Positions 8,895 to 19,800 of a DNA stretch of 64,000 nt are shown here, piece after piece. The stretch is from positions 10,993 through 74,992 of IMG/VR virus record IMGVR_UViG_3300009148_000002. The stretch is one strand, 5' to 3'. The notes under the pieces are model-generated. The model saw only the letters and a list, made by a program, of their open reading frames with translations, did no database searches and was not told the origin of the DNA. A program made the position numbers and the translations under genes. This DNA comes from a virus. Lineage: Duplodnaviria > Caudoviricetes. Every line of letters begins with the position of its first letter. The stretch's first letter is position 1.

Positions 8895-11183
8895 TCATTG
8901 CGTCCTCACCACATCCAGCGCAACCAACACACGGATGCAGCTTGCGTTGCTGTTTACGTTATAGGCCAGCACATCGCCAGCGGCCATGCCTCTCGTCCAA
9001 CCAGTCAGTGTGGTATCCGAATAAGTCTGCGCTGCGGTGAGTGAAAGCAGACGTGACGCGGTGATTGTGTCCGCAACCGTTGGCGGGAAATTCGCCGTGG
9101 TGTCCTTCCATAGATCAATAACCAGCGTGCCGCTTTGATCGGCGTAGAGATACGCGCCGACGATTGAGCAGGCGAACGGGATGCGAAGATGGCCCTTTTG
9201 GCCAGATGTGATAGCCGCACTGGTGCCGTCGTAAATGACGAACTCAATTCCAGCAGTCAGATGCGTGCTGATCCGGTTTGACAGAGCATCGACAACGCTT
9301 TGCAGGCCGTGAGTTGAGACGTTGCCGATGGAGCGAGATGAGATTGCGCTCAGTGCGGTGTTCACGCTCGTCACCCGGCTGTTGACACTCGTTGCGGCGG
9401 CGCTGGCTATCTGAACGAGCGAGCCTAATTCCGCGCTGATTGAAACCGCTCGCGCACTTACAGTATTCGCGTGCCCGTCTGCGGACGTAGCAGCGGCACT
9501 TGCGATTTGAACCAAAGATGCGAGTTCGGCGCTAATGCTGACTGCCCGTGCGCTCACCGTGTTCGCGTGGCCATCTGCGCTGGTTGCCGCTGCTGAGGCG
9601 ATTTGAACAAGTGACGCCAGTTCAGCGGAGATGCTAACAGCCCGCGCCGATACGGTGTTGGCATGTCCATCCGCTGATGTAGCCGCCGCACTCGCCGTCT
9701 GAACGGAAACGAGCCGGATGGATTGCTCGTTGGAAATCTGCGTGGAGAGCGTATTGACGACGCTCTGCAAGCCTTTGATCGACGTTGCGCCGCCAACCGA
9801 TGTTCTGGCGGAAACGTTGTTGACGAAGTTCAGGACGCTTGTTGCGGCAGCGCTGGCAGTATTGGCATGGCCATCGGCACTCGTGGCAGCCGCAGAAGCG
9901 ATCTGCACCAAGCTTCCTAATTCAGCGGATATGGAAACGGCTCTTGCTGAGACTGTATTTGCGTGGCCGTCTGCACTAGTCGCTGCGGCGCTCGCTATCT
10001 GCACCAAGGACGCCAATTCAGCACTGATCGACACAGCCCTCGCGCTCACCACGTTGATTGCGCTTGCGGCTTGTGCACTGATCGCTTGCGCTTCCGCACT
10101 CGTCACGCTTCCAGAACCACCTGTCACCGCCGAGATGCGGTTGCTCAACGCATTGATAATGCTCTGCATCCCGTGAGTCGAAACGTTACCCACCGAACGC
10201 GCCGACAAGCTGGCGAGCGTGGCTGAGATGGTGTCCACCCGCGCATCCACCACGACGACCGCCGCCGAAACGATGTCGATGAGCGACAACGTTTGTAGGC
10301 GGACAGACGTGACAGCATCGCTTAGAACGTAAATGGCAGAAGCGGCTTGGGCACTGACGGCTGAGAGTTCGTCACTGGTGACGCTGCCGGTGCCTCCAAC
10401 AACGGCTGAGATGCGGTTGGATAGCGCGTCGATGACGGACTGAAGACCATGCGTGGACACGTCACCGATTGATCGGGCGGAGAGTGCGCTCAGGGCAGCG
10501 TTGACGGAAGTAACTCGGCTGTTTACGGATGTCGCTGCGGCTGACGCGATCTGAACCAAACTGGCTAGTTCCGCTGAGATTGAAACTGCGCGGGCACTGA
10601 CGGCGTTGGCGTGTCCGTCTGCTGAGGTCGCAGCCGCGCTGGCTATTTGCACCAATGAGGCAAGCTCGGCAGAGATTGACACTGCACGGGCCGAAACCGT
10701 ATTCGCATGAGCATCGGCGGAAGTCGCCGCTGCGGATGCAATCTGCACCAGACTGCCAAGCTCGGCACTAATGCTGGCCGCTCTGGCTGACACGACGTTA
10801 ATCGCGCTGGCTGCCTGTGCGCTAATCGCCTGTGCTTCGGCACTGGTAACACTTCCGCTGCCGCCCGTAACCGTGGAAATCCGATTCGAGAGCGCGTTGA
10901 TAATGCTCTGCAATCCATGCGTTGAGACATCACCAACGGAACGAGCAGACAACGCGGACAGCGCCGCATTCACGCTCGTCACACGCGAATTGACACTGGT
11001 AGCGGCTGCCGAGGCAATTTGAACGAGCGATCCCAACTCAGCCGAAATGGACGCGGCCCGTGCCGAGACGACATTGACCGCCGACGCAGCCTGAGCCGAC
11101 ACGGCAGACAACTCCGTGCTCGTGACGCTCGCGGCGTTCGGATCAGTAACCAGCAACTCGCCTTTTTCGGTGAATAGTTTCAT
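8895..11183 (-). CDS. tail fibre-like protein with Ser/Ala-rich repeats
   Basis: Many copies of SARAxSISAELxSLVQIASAAATS and STHGLQSxxxALSNRIS; C-terminal domain GHLRIPFAC...ADQSGTLVIDLWKD..ANFPPTVADTITAS typical of phage fibre termini; ATG 11183 is ATGA-coupled. Confidence 0.7.
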   Translation of the reverse strand: MKLFTEKGELLVTDPNAASVTSTELSAVSAQAASAVNVVSARAASISAELGSLVQIASAAATSVNSRVTSVNAALSALSARSVGDVSTHGLQSIINALSNRISTVTGGSGSVTSAEAQAISAQAASAINVVSARAASISAELGSLVQIASAAATSADAHANTVSARAVSISAELASLVQIASAAATSADGHANAVSARAVSISAELASLVQIASAAATSVNSRVTSVNAALSALSARSIGDVSTHGLQSVIDALSNRISAVVGGTGSVTSDELSAVSAQAASAIYVLSDAVTSVRLQTLSLIDIVSAAVVVVDARVDTISATLASLSARSVGNVSTHGMQSIINALSNRISAVTGGSGSVTSAEAQAISAQAASAINVVSARAVSISAELASLVQIASAAATSADGHANTVSARAVSISAELGSLVQIASAAATSADGHANTASAAATSVLNFVNNVSARTSVGGATSIKGLQSVVNTLSTQISNEQSIRLVSVQTASAAATSADGHANTVSARAVSISAELASLVQIASAAATSADGHANTVSARAVSISAELASLVQIASAAATSADGHANTVSARAVSISAELGSLVQIASAAATSVNSRVTSVNTALSAISSRSIGNVSTHGLQSVVDALSNRISTHLTAGIEFVIYDGTSAAITSGQKGHLRIPFACSIVGAYLYADQSGTLVIDLWKDTTANFPPTVADTITASRLLSLTAAQTYSDTTLTGWTRGMAAGDVLAYNVNSNASCIRVLVALDVVRTQ
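9290..11110 (-). repeat. degenerate coding repeats of the fibre
   Basis: Near-identical amino-acid repeats with synonymously diverged DNA; same units recur at about 12050-12500. Confidence 0.85.
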
Positions 11184-11692
11184 GGGTAGCGCCACTGCTC
11201 AAACCATTTGCTGGTACCGCCACCAATCCAAATCAATTGCAACGTTTCACCGGCCACGACAGGCACCCAATCGGCGCTCAACTGTACATTGCCGGTATTT
11301 ACAAGCTTGGCCGCTCCGGTTCCCTCCAACATCACCTTTTTCTCAACAAAGAACTGTTGTCCATCTTGTAGTGTAAAAATGCGATTTGTTGGTGTGGCAT
11401 CGTCTGACTCAATCCTGCACAACCCGGTCGTTGGGCCAACAATCGTGTTGTTGGAATCAAGCAGGGTGTAACTGTTTTCTAAAACTATCGCAGAAGGCTT
11501 AATTATCCCAGCCACATAAATAGTTTCGTCAAATAATCCAGCGCCAGGGTTGACATCGTGAATGATCGAATCTACAAAAGTTGTAGCATTCTGTCGGATT
11601 GGCAGATAATTGTTTGTGGTGTTGATTGTCGTGCCGCCAGCGCCACTTGTTCTCGCCACCAACAACCGGCCTTGTTCGTCAAACATCTTCAT
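11180..11692 (-). CDS. putative virion protein
   Basis: Coupled within tail cluster; beta-rich. Confidence 0.55.
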   Translation of the reverse strand: MKMFDEQGRLLVARTSGAGGTTINTTNNYLPIRQNATTFVDSIIHDVNPGAGLFDETIYVAGIIKPSAIVLENSYTLLDSNNTIVGPTTGLCRIESDDATPTNRIFTLQDGQQFFVEKKVMLEGTGAAKLVNTGNVQLSADWVPVVAGETLQLIWIGGGTSKWFEQWRYP

Positions 11693-12003
11693 GGCCTGAT
11701 CGCTCCTGTGATGATGTAGTCCACCACCGTTGCGGCGTCGGCGTCGCCTTCGATTAGGTCGCCAACCTCAAGACAGATTGGATCGTCGAATTCAGCCTTG
11801 TAGCGCGTGGGCATTGATAAATTCTTAGGGCTGATTAGACGCGAAGTACCACTCGTGTTCAGGTAGAGGTTGCACAGCCGAGTCACCGTGTCCGTGTTCA
11901 CGAACGAAATCGTTTTGACGATTGTGATTTTCGCCGCCGTGTAGAGCGTGCCTTTCGAGTTAGGCAACTGCCCGTCTGCTAATACTGTTGGGTCTAATGC
12001 CAT
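11689..12003 (-). CDS. small virion/tail accessory protein
   Basis: TLYTAAK.TIVKTI..VNTD...LYL...LEVGDLIEG pattern common in tail clusters. Confidence 0.6.
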   Translation of the reverse strand: MALDPTVLADGQLPNSKGTLYTAAKITIVKTISFVNTDTVTRLCNLYLNTSGTSRLISPKNLSMPTRYKAEFDDPICLEVGDLIEGDADAATVVDYIITGAIRP

Positions 12004-12017
12004 AATTCATCTTTCGT

Positions 12018-13346
12018 TTACAAACCGAGCCACGCGACGACCAATGCCTCGCCGTCCGCGCTGACGGCCACGACTGAAATGCGGTTCGATAATGCGTTCA
12101 CCACACTCTGCAATCCATGAGTGGACACGTCGCCCACTGAACGCGCTGAGATCGCACTTAACGCAGCATTCACGGATGTCACTCGGCTATTCACACTCGT
12201 TGCCGCCGCACTGGCTATTTGCACAAGTGAGCCAAGTTCCGCGCTGATGCTGGCAGCACGGGCGCTCACAACGTTAATTGCTGACGCCGCCTGCGCACTT
12301 ATGATCGAAGCCTCATTGCTCGTGACACTGGCGAATCCGGCAATTGAGATTCGATTCGATAGCGCATCAATCACACTCTGCAATCCATGAACCGATGTGC
12401 CGCTTGAGAGCGCCGAAATTCCATCGAGCCTCGTTTCAAGACTGGCCAGTTCAGCCGATACGACATTGATGGCGGATGCGGCTTGGGCGCTCGTCACTGA
12501 AAGCTCCGTGCTGGTAACGCTGACGGTAGTTGCTCCGGTGTCACCCTTATCGCCCGCCGCACAGAACGAGATGAAAATGCGGTCACTATTCGCGAACGAA
12601 CCGGAACTTGTCACGTAAGCCACGCGGACTTTCGTGTAACCACCGGGATAGGAGTTGCCAGCTATAATGCTGAAGATGACAAACTGCGATGAATCGTCCG
12701 TCTTGCACAAACGCAATCGTCCGCGAATCGAATTCGTGGCATTGTTATCGAGCGCCTGAATCCAAGGAGTTTGATCGGTGCCATTCTCGTCAAAATCGCT
12801 GATGAGGATTTTAGTTACCGAACCGAGCGTGCCGTTATCAAACCTCAGCCTGGTTGCGCCCGGATCAGCGTCAACTGGCGTTGAGTCAAATATGTAGGCG
12901 AGTGAGTCACCGCCAAAGATGCCGTCTTGGCCAGTCGCTCCAGTCGCACCAGTGGGTCCAGTGCCTTTGATTGCTCCAGTGGAGTCCATCACGCGCCAGC
13001 CCTCACCGTCGTTGTATTGGAGCGTGTCCCCGGTCTGAAGCGTGACGACCGGCACGTCGCGAGCCGTGCCATTGTCGTCATACCGGCAATTCACCTCAGC
13101 CGGAAATGAGTCGTGGTTGTGAATCGCAAGGTGTTTAACATGCCGACGAAAGCCGGCAGCGGGAGCGGCCACCCACGTCACAGCCACCGTGTCTGACGTT
13201 GTGCCGTTGCTGCTGCCGGGATTGTAATTCAGCGAGACAGAATCGTTGTAGTCAACGTAGTGCGCAGTGAACGGCAGTTGCTGCGTCGTTACTGCGCCAC
13301 TCAGCAACACCTGCAACCGTCGATTGACTGTATCGAGAATTATCAC
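12018..13346 (-). CDS. tail fibre-like protein
   Basis: MIILDTVNRRLQVLL N-terminus, short Gly-X-Y run, DPGATRLRFDN domain, C-terminal copies of the Ser/Ala fibre repeat. Confidence 0.65.
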   Translation of the reverse strand: MIILDTVNRRLQVLLSGAVTTQQLPFTAHYVDYNDSVSLNYNPGSSNGTTSDTVAVTWVAAPAAGFRRHVKHLAIHNHDSFPAEVNCRYDDNGTARDVPVVTLQTGDTLQYNDGEGWRVMDSTGAIKGTGPTGATGATGQDGIFGGDSLAYIFDSTPVDADPGATRLRFDNGTLGSVTKILISDFDENGTDQTPWIQALDNNATNSIRGRLRLCKTDDSSQFVIFSIIAGNSYPGGYTKVRVAYVTSSGSFANSDRIFISFCAAGDKGDTGATTVSVTSTELSVTSAQAASAINVVSAELASLETRLDGISALSSGTSVHGLQSVIDALSNRISIAGFASVTSNEASIISAQAASAINVVSARAASISAELGSLVQIASAAATSVNSRVTSVNAALSAISARSVGDVSTHGLQSVVNALSNRISVVAVSADGEALVVAWLGL

Positions 13347-13564
13347 GCGAATTTCTGCCTTTTGCCTTTGTCCTTCTCAGCTTTCTCACCTTCCGCCAGA
13401 GCGGATTTGCGCGTGAGTTCAAGCAATTCCGTCAATCGGCTGTTCACCGCGAGATGCACTTCGTTGACCGCTTTGCCGACGGCGTTGGCTTTGAACAACG
13501 CAAAGGCCGACATGACAGTCGGCGGCACGCTGGTTATCAAAGCTGCAAGAATTGCGTCGCTCAT
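13343..13564 (-). CDS. small membrane protein (holin-like candidate)
   Basis: N-terminal hydrophobic helix, charged C-terminus. Confidence 0.45.
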   Translation of the reverse strand: MSDAILAALITSVPPTVMSAFALFKANAVGKAVNEVHLAVNSRLTELLELTRKSALAEGEKAEKDKGKRQKFA

Positions 13565-13593
13565 AAAGCAATGGGTTATATTAGCGAAACTGA

Positions 13594-13842
13594 TTAGCCA
13601 CGTAAAGAAATGCGTTTCATTATTTCCGCCATGAAAAGGTCGGCCCCGTCCCCTTTATCGCCCTTGTCCCCTTTCGGTCCAGTTATGGATGCTCCGGGAT
13701 CACCGACTGCTCCTGGTGGCCCCGGTATCAGGCTGGGTCCGGGGCCGGAAAGTGATTGCTCGACAAGCTCGGTGCCTGTACGCGGCGGCAGGCCGTGTCC
13801 GAGCCGGGCGATGTTCTTGCCTTTTTGTGTGAGTCGATCCAT
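13594..13842 (-). CDS. small collagen-like virion protein
   Basis: GPPGAVGDPG...GPKGDKGDKGD. Confidence 0.6.
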   Translation of the reverse strand: MDRLTQKGKNIARLGHGLPPRTGTELVEQSLSGPGPSLIPGPPGAVGDPGASITGPKGDKGDKGDGADLFMAEIMKRISLRG

Positions 13843-13882
13843 TGAAATACTAATTCGTCAGTGTTTAGTAGCTCGTTAGTAG

Positions 13883-16800
13883 TTAGGCGAAAATCCTTCT
13901 GCGCCGCCTGCGTCTGATCGTAGCGAGCCTGCTACCGCGCCGCAGCGACGAACGCGGGCGTATGCGCCGACTTCGACCGAGCAGGCTACGCCCACGCGAA
14001 AGAACGCGGATGCCGCCAGCGGCCACGCCTGAGCCAAGGCTGATCCTTTGCGATGGTCCTAGCGAAAGGCTTGGAAAGCTCGTGCCAGACGCGACGGGCG
14101 TTGCGCCTACGGAGGCCAGCGCCGTATTGCTGGCATTGCGATACGCCTGCTGGACAACTTTCCGCGCTTCCGCTTCAGGCAATCCAGACACATCGACGTT
14201 TTGCAATGCCGCCTTGAAAGCTTGCCCTCGCGCCACGACGTATTTCTCAAGTTCTTCCGGTTTCATTGGCCGGATCGTGCCGTTGAAATCGTAGCCTTTG
14301 TTTCGTCCCACTTCCGGCGTCGAGTAGTTCGCCATGAAGATTTGCTGATAGGCATGATTGGCTTTCAGATCGTCTTCTGAACCAAAACCTACACCGCCAG
14401 TCAACACCTGCAAAACCCGCGTGGCCGCATTCGGATTCACCAACGGATCACCGAGCGAATTAACGCGCTGATGCGGACTCCACGGATTTGGTGTGAGCAG
14501 TTCAAGCACCGTCGCAGTGCGCGTGTCCATGCTCGTGCCTAACATGCGCGAGACTTCCTGCCATGCCGGTATGCCGGGCAGATACGGCGCGGCGAGCGAG
14601 GCAACCGCCTTGTTCAGCTTGAAATCACCGTAATCAGAGAATGACTGAATCGCTCCCGTGGCCGTCCGACCGCCTGTGAACGCACCGTAGATGCCTTGGG
14701 CGATGACGCCAAGCATGTCACCCAACCCGACCGGCTTAACCTTTCCGGCGATTGTTCCTTTGCGCTTTGCCTCGGCGTCGAGTCGCGCCTGTTCGCGAGC
14801 TTGGTTGGAATAGAGGCGCTGAATCCCGCCAATCATGTAGAGCGGCGAGGCGACGAAGCTAAACGGCGACATCTGGATCGGATACGCAGCCCACTGCTTG
14901 CCGTCATCGGACAGAAACTCAACCGTGTTCAGCTTGTGACCACCCGCAATGAACTTTTCCTTTTCCTCTTTGTCCTTCGGATATTGCGTGTGAACGATCA
15001 GCTTGCCAGCCGCCGCTAGCGCAGTCAGGACGCCGATTGCCGCCAAGCCTTCGATAGCCTCGATGCGCCGCTGCCGGATATTGCGTTCGCCTTGATACCA
15101 CGGTGAGTCGCCGAAGCCCCAACCGCCGAACAGCCCGCCGCCCATAAACGTCAGCATCCGGTTGGTTGCCGTGCCCATTGCGTTACCGAACGAGAACAGT
15201 CCGCCAAGCGGCACGCCACGCTCCTGAGCCGCCTTGCGGATACCTCCAATAGTCGAAGCAATGATACCTCCGACACCACCTGTCTCTGGTAAATTCCAAC
15301 CGTAAAGCTCGCGCAACATCTGATTCTCAGCACGGAAATCCGTGGCGCTGCCGGTCGCCTTCTGCATTTGATCGTAAGTCGTGTTCAGCAGAATTGCCCA
15401 AGCATTCTTCTCAAGCTCTTTCTTGTCCGTTGGCAAGCCACGTTCCTCAGCACTGAGTCTGGCTTCTTCAATCGCCTGAGTCATGGCCACGCGAATGTTG
15501 CCGAAGATTTCGTCCTCTACCATTTTGATCTGCGCTGCGTTCTTGCCTTGCGCACGCAATTCCGTAACAAGTTGCTGGCGCATCTCCTGCCACTCCGCAC
15601 CGACGGCCTGTGCCACGTCCAGCGTAGCAGCCACGCGATAGCCAGCGCGAAGGATTGTAGCCGTTCGGATGGCTCGCGCTGCGGCCATGTTGCCTTTCGC
15701 CTCCAATTCATCCGCCTTGGCCAGCATTCTGTCGAAGATGCCGATGCTTTGTTTCATGCGGTCGAGTGTCTTTTGATCCGCCGCACCGTGGAGCGTTGCC
15801 TTCATTGCCCGCCACGTTTCCTTGAACGATTCGACGCTCGCCTTGGACATTTCCGTGAGAGATGCGTGTAAATCAGCCAGCGTTTGCCGGCTGAATCCAC
15901 CATCCGCCGCCGCTCTTTCGAGAACGTGAGCAAGCGCACGGTTGGCACGGTTCAACGGGATGGAAACAATCCCGGCGTCCATGAACTGACGGACAAGGAA
16001 ACCGAACTTGAAAAGCAGGTTCGCTGCCGCCACTTCATCGGCAGCCTTCGCGTTATTCTTGGCCACGGTCGGATTCGTCAACCATTGCGACCACTTGATC
16101 GGCATGGACCAGCGCGACCAATTGGCCTGAATCTTCTTGATAAGCTCTAAGCGTTGAGTTTGGGTTGCTGCCTCTGCCGCGCTGGTTGCCTTGGCCACAT
16201 CACCGCCCGCATCGGCGAGTTGACGTGGTGATGGTGTTCGCAGCCTGATTTCTTCCTCAGCCCAAGCTTTAAGTTGCGCCTTCTGCTCCGGCGTCGGCAC
16301 GGTCCACTTGTTCGCACGGGCGTTTTCTTCCAAGGCGCTCTCGGCGTCGAAATATCCCGCACGCACACCGCGCTCAATCGCCTGCCAGAGCGTCTTGCCT
16401 TTCTTGATCTCGCGCTTCTGCTGCGGGCCAAGCTCGGCCTTCACCTTATCCAGAGCTTTCGTCCGCGCCCTGAGCAGCGGCCCCGGAGATTCCTTGGTTC
16501 CTTCAAGTGATTTGTAGATGAGGTTCGCCAGTTCATCCGCTTGATCGCCGGTTAACCCAAGGCGCTTCACCAGTGCATCAGAAATGTCCTGTTTGATCTC
16601 GTTGAGATTGTAGCGCGGCGATTCCAGAATCGTGTTCATCAATTCCGTCATCGAAGGCAGGAGCTTTCGGATGGATGAATTCTCGGCAGCGCGTTGGAGT
16701 AGTTCTGGATCGCTCAGGCGAGGATCGTCGAGTAATCCGGCGTTAATCTTCTCACGCAAGGAACGCAGTTTGTCCGGGTCTGTGACGCTCGCGGCCCTCT

Positions 16801-19800
16801 CAGCGAACACAGCATCGCGAATGTCCTGCCGTCTGTTCGCCAGTTGTTCGCCGATTTGATCTCTCACCAATCTGTTAACCCGCTCAATCGTTTCCGGCGT
16901 GGCGTTCTTCAGGTTCATGTTCGCCGCCAAGTCGGCTGAGTAGGCGTCAAACACGCGCTGCACTTCCGAATCTGGAGACTTGGCAAGCTCGCGGAGATTG
17001 ATTCTCGTCTCGGCTGGCTTCGCGATTGGCTTGCCGAATTGCAAACCTTGAAAATCAGCGGCGAGCAATCGCTGAGTCAGCTTCAAAGTGATGGGTGAAT
17101 AACCGAGAGCGATGTCGTCTCGAATACGTTTCCAATGCGCGAACTCAGGCAAGAGCAAGCCGCGCTCAATTTGCTCCAAGGAAGGCTCAACATCGCCACG
17201 GCCAATCATCGCCTTGTCGTCTTCGCTAACTTGAGGATCAGCCAGCGCCACTTTTCGGCCAGCATTCAGTTCGGCTTCCTCAACCGCACGCGCAATCATG
17301 TCTGTCAGCCGCGCATCGGCACCCGGCGTCACCATGCGTAGCACCTTTTCTAAAGGCGTCATTTTATCAGATGGCTTCAGTGTCGGATTGCCCAACTCAG
17401 CAAGAATCTTGTTGAACGCTTCTTCGACATCGGCGGTGCGGCCAAGCTTCTCCAACGTCGGCTTAATCTTCGGCTTTAACGCCTGCTGAATCTTGCGGTA
17501 AAGCCGTCCACCTTGATCGCGCTCGTTCGCCTGAAGCAAACGCTGAACGGTTTCTTGAAGATGCAACGGATTCAGCGCCGTCTCGATTTCTTTGGCCGTG
17601 AAGAACTCTCGGAATGCGGTGACGATCTTTTGGAGAGTTTCCGAAATCACTTCGCCGCCTAGATTGTCATGCCAGATGCTTCGCAAGTGGATGTCCAGAT
17701 TCATCGCGATTTCTGACAGGCTGGCGCTGAACTGATTAAGCTCGCCTAGTTGTGTGCCGCGTCGGCTTGCTTCGCTCTGAGCGAGTCGGAACAGGCGGTA
17801 GCGAGTCGGTGTCGCCATGTCCACAAGTGCGCTGTTCGGATTCTTGAAGTTCTCGCGAATCGTGTTGAGCAACATGCCGACTGGCCTCTCCGTAGCAGTG
17901 CCTTGCTGCTTCAACTGCTGCTCAAAGGCATCGGCCAGACGGTTGCCTTCCGCCGTCATGTCGAAGCCCGTGCGCGGCAGAAAGTAAATGCTCTGCTGTT
18001 GCCCGCCTTCTTCCTTCGGCTTGGTGTAAGTCTCAAGCCTAATGTCTTTGAAGCCCGCAGCACGCAAGGCTTCATCTGCGTTCGAGATGTTCTGAGCGGT
18101 TCGCTCTGGCGTGATGCCTTCCTTGCTAGCGACTGTGAATACACTGTTAAGAACTTTGGTTTCGACACCCGGCTTCGCTGCTTCCACAACAGGCTCAGGC
18201 TCGGCAGGAGGCGGCGGAGGCGCGGCGGGTGGAACGGCAGCCGGTTGAGCCTCAGCCGTGGTGGGCAAAGCTGCTGTCGCGGGTGGTGGTGTTTCGGCTT
18301 GAGGTTTTGGTGCGAGAGTTATGTCGTCAGCGCCAGAGGCGTACTCAGTTCTCCCAAACTTAGTTTTAACCTCAAGCTCTCTTTGCCCCGTGCTCGGATT
18401 TAACTTATCACCAACAACGGTTCCGACGATTCTGTGTCTTATAGTGCCCGGTTCGGTAAATTCAATAACCGTTCCGACTGGCATAAGCTCAATCAGTTCG
18501 CGAACCTTCGGCGCAGCTTGGGAAGCGGGCGGTTCGACGGGCGTGCGCTCGCCTGAGATGCTTGCTTGAACTGACTCACCTTCAGCAAGGATGTTGTTTC
18601 CGGTGCGTCTCGCCTCTCGCTGAACTGCCAGATATTTGCGCCTGATCGAATCAGAAATCTTTTGCTTCAACGCGAAGTGCGCCGCATCGAAAGCGGCTTG
18701 TTTATCTCCACGTTGGGCAACCCATTCCTTCGCGCTGAAATCTTTCGAGCGTGCGGCATCCGCAAGCTGATTCACGCCAGTTGTCCATTTTGGTTCGTAG
18801 CCAGTCGTCTTCGCCTGCTCCGTCTTCCCAAGCTTCTCCAAGTCCGTGCCCAACCATTCGCGGAGCTTGGTTTCGTCGATTTTGTCGAAATCCTCAACGT
18901 TGCCGCGCAGATGTGCTATGACATTCGCAATAGCAGTCGATATTCCACGGCCTTTCAACAAGAGATCAATTCCGATTTGAAGTGCGCTGTTCCATGTGTC
19001 CGTCGCAATCGACTTGAAAATCTCCGGGTGCGGAAACGAATACGTCCCCGGCTTGTCATCCTTCTTCACCTTCCAGCTTTCCAGCTTGGCGATGAGTGAA
19101 TCAATTGTCCCTGACTGTTCAGTTAATGCACCAGCCGACCATCGCTCCCTTTCAGACGCAGACATTTCTTCAATGTTTCTTGCCTGCCGCTCTCCAACCA
19201 CGCCGACAGTTTCTTCTGGTGTTAAAAATTTGCCAGCTTTAGTCGCGAAACCGGATTCCAAATCGCGAGAGCCAGCGTTCGGGATTGTGTCCAAAACCAA
19301 ACCGTGAGTCGGCTGTCCGTACCAAACCTCTCCTGTTTTTTTATCCCTCATTGCAGCCGATGTCGGCGCTGTTTCTTTCTGCTCCGCCGCTGGATTTCGT
19401 AGGATGCCGCGACGCCCGACGCTACCGCGTTCTTCCGCCCCTTGGCCTTGAAGCTGTGTATCAGTTCCGCCGCGTTGGCGTTCCGTGCTTTGTTCGACGT
19501 TCCTTTGCTGAGTGGCATTGTATTGCTCCTGTGTGGGTATGGCTGGCAGTTTGAAGCCGAGAGATTCCAGCGTGTTGCCCGTGAGTGTCGAGTCCTTCGT
19601 GAACTTGTCCACGTCCTGAGTGAGATTGAACAACGGCAATGCTTTTCCATCCGCCGTCTCCTGATAGCCGATGAATTTCGCCGGAGCCTCTTGCCGGGCT
19701 TCGTACTGCTTCGCGCTGGAAATATCACTCGCCGCCCGTGTGGCCGAGCTGAAGAATGGCGAACTCACCGCCGCCATCACGCCCGCTTCCAACACTCGCG

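Noticed and set aside
8895-13346. Fibre repeats as DGR VR/TR pair or invertible cassette
   Set aside because: Differences are mainly synonymous and not adenine-specific; no invertase or flanking inverted sites.
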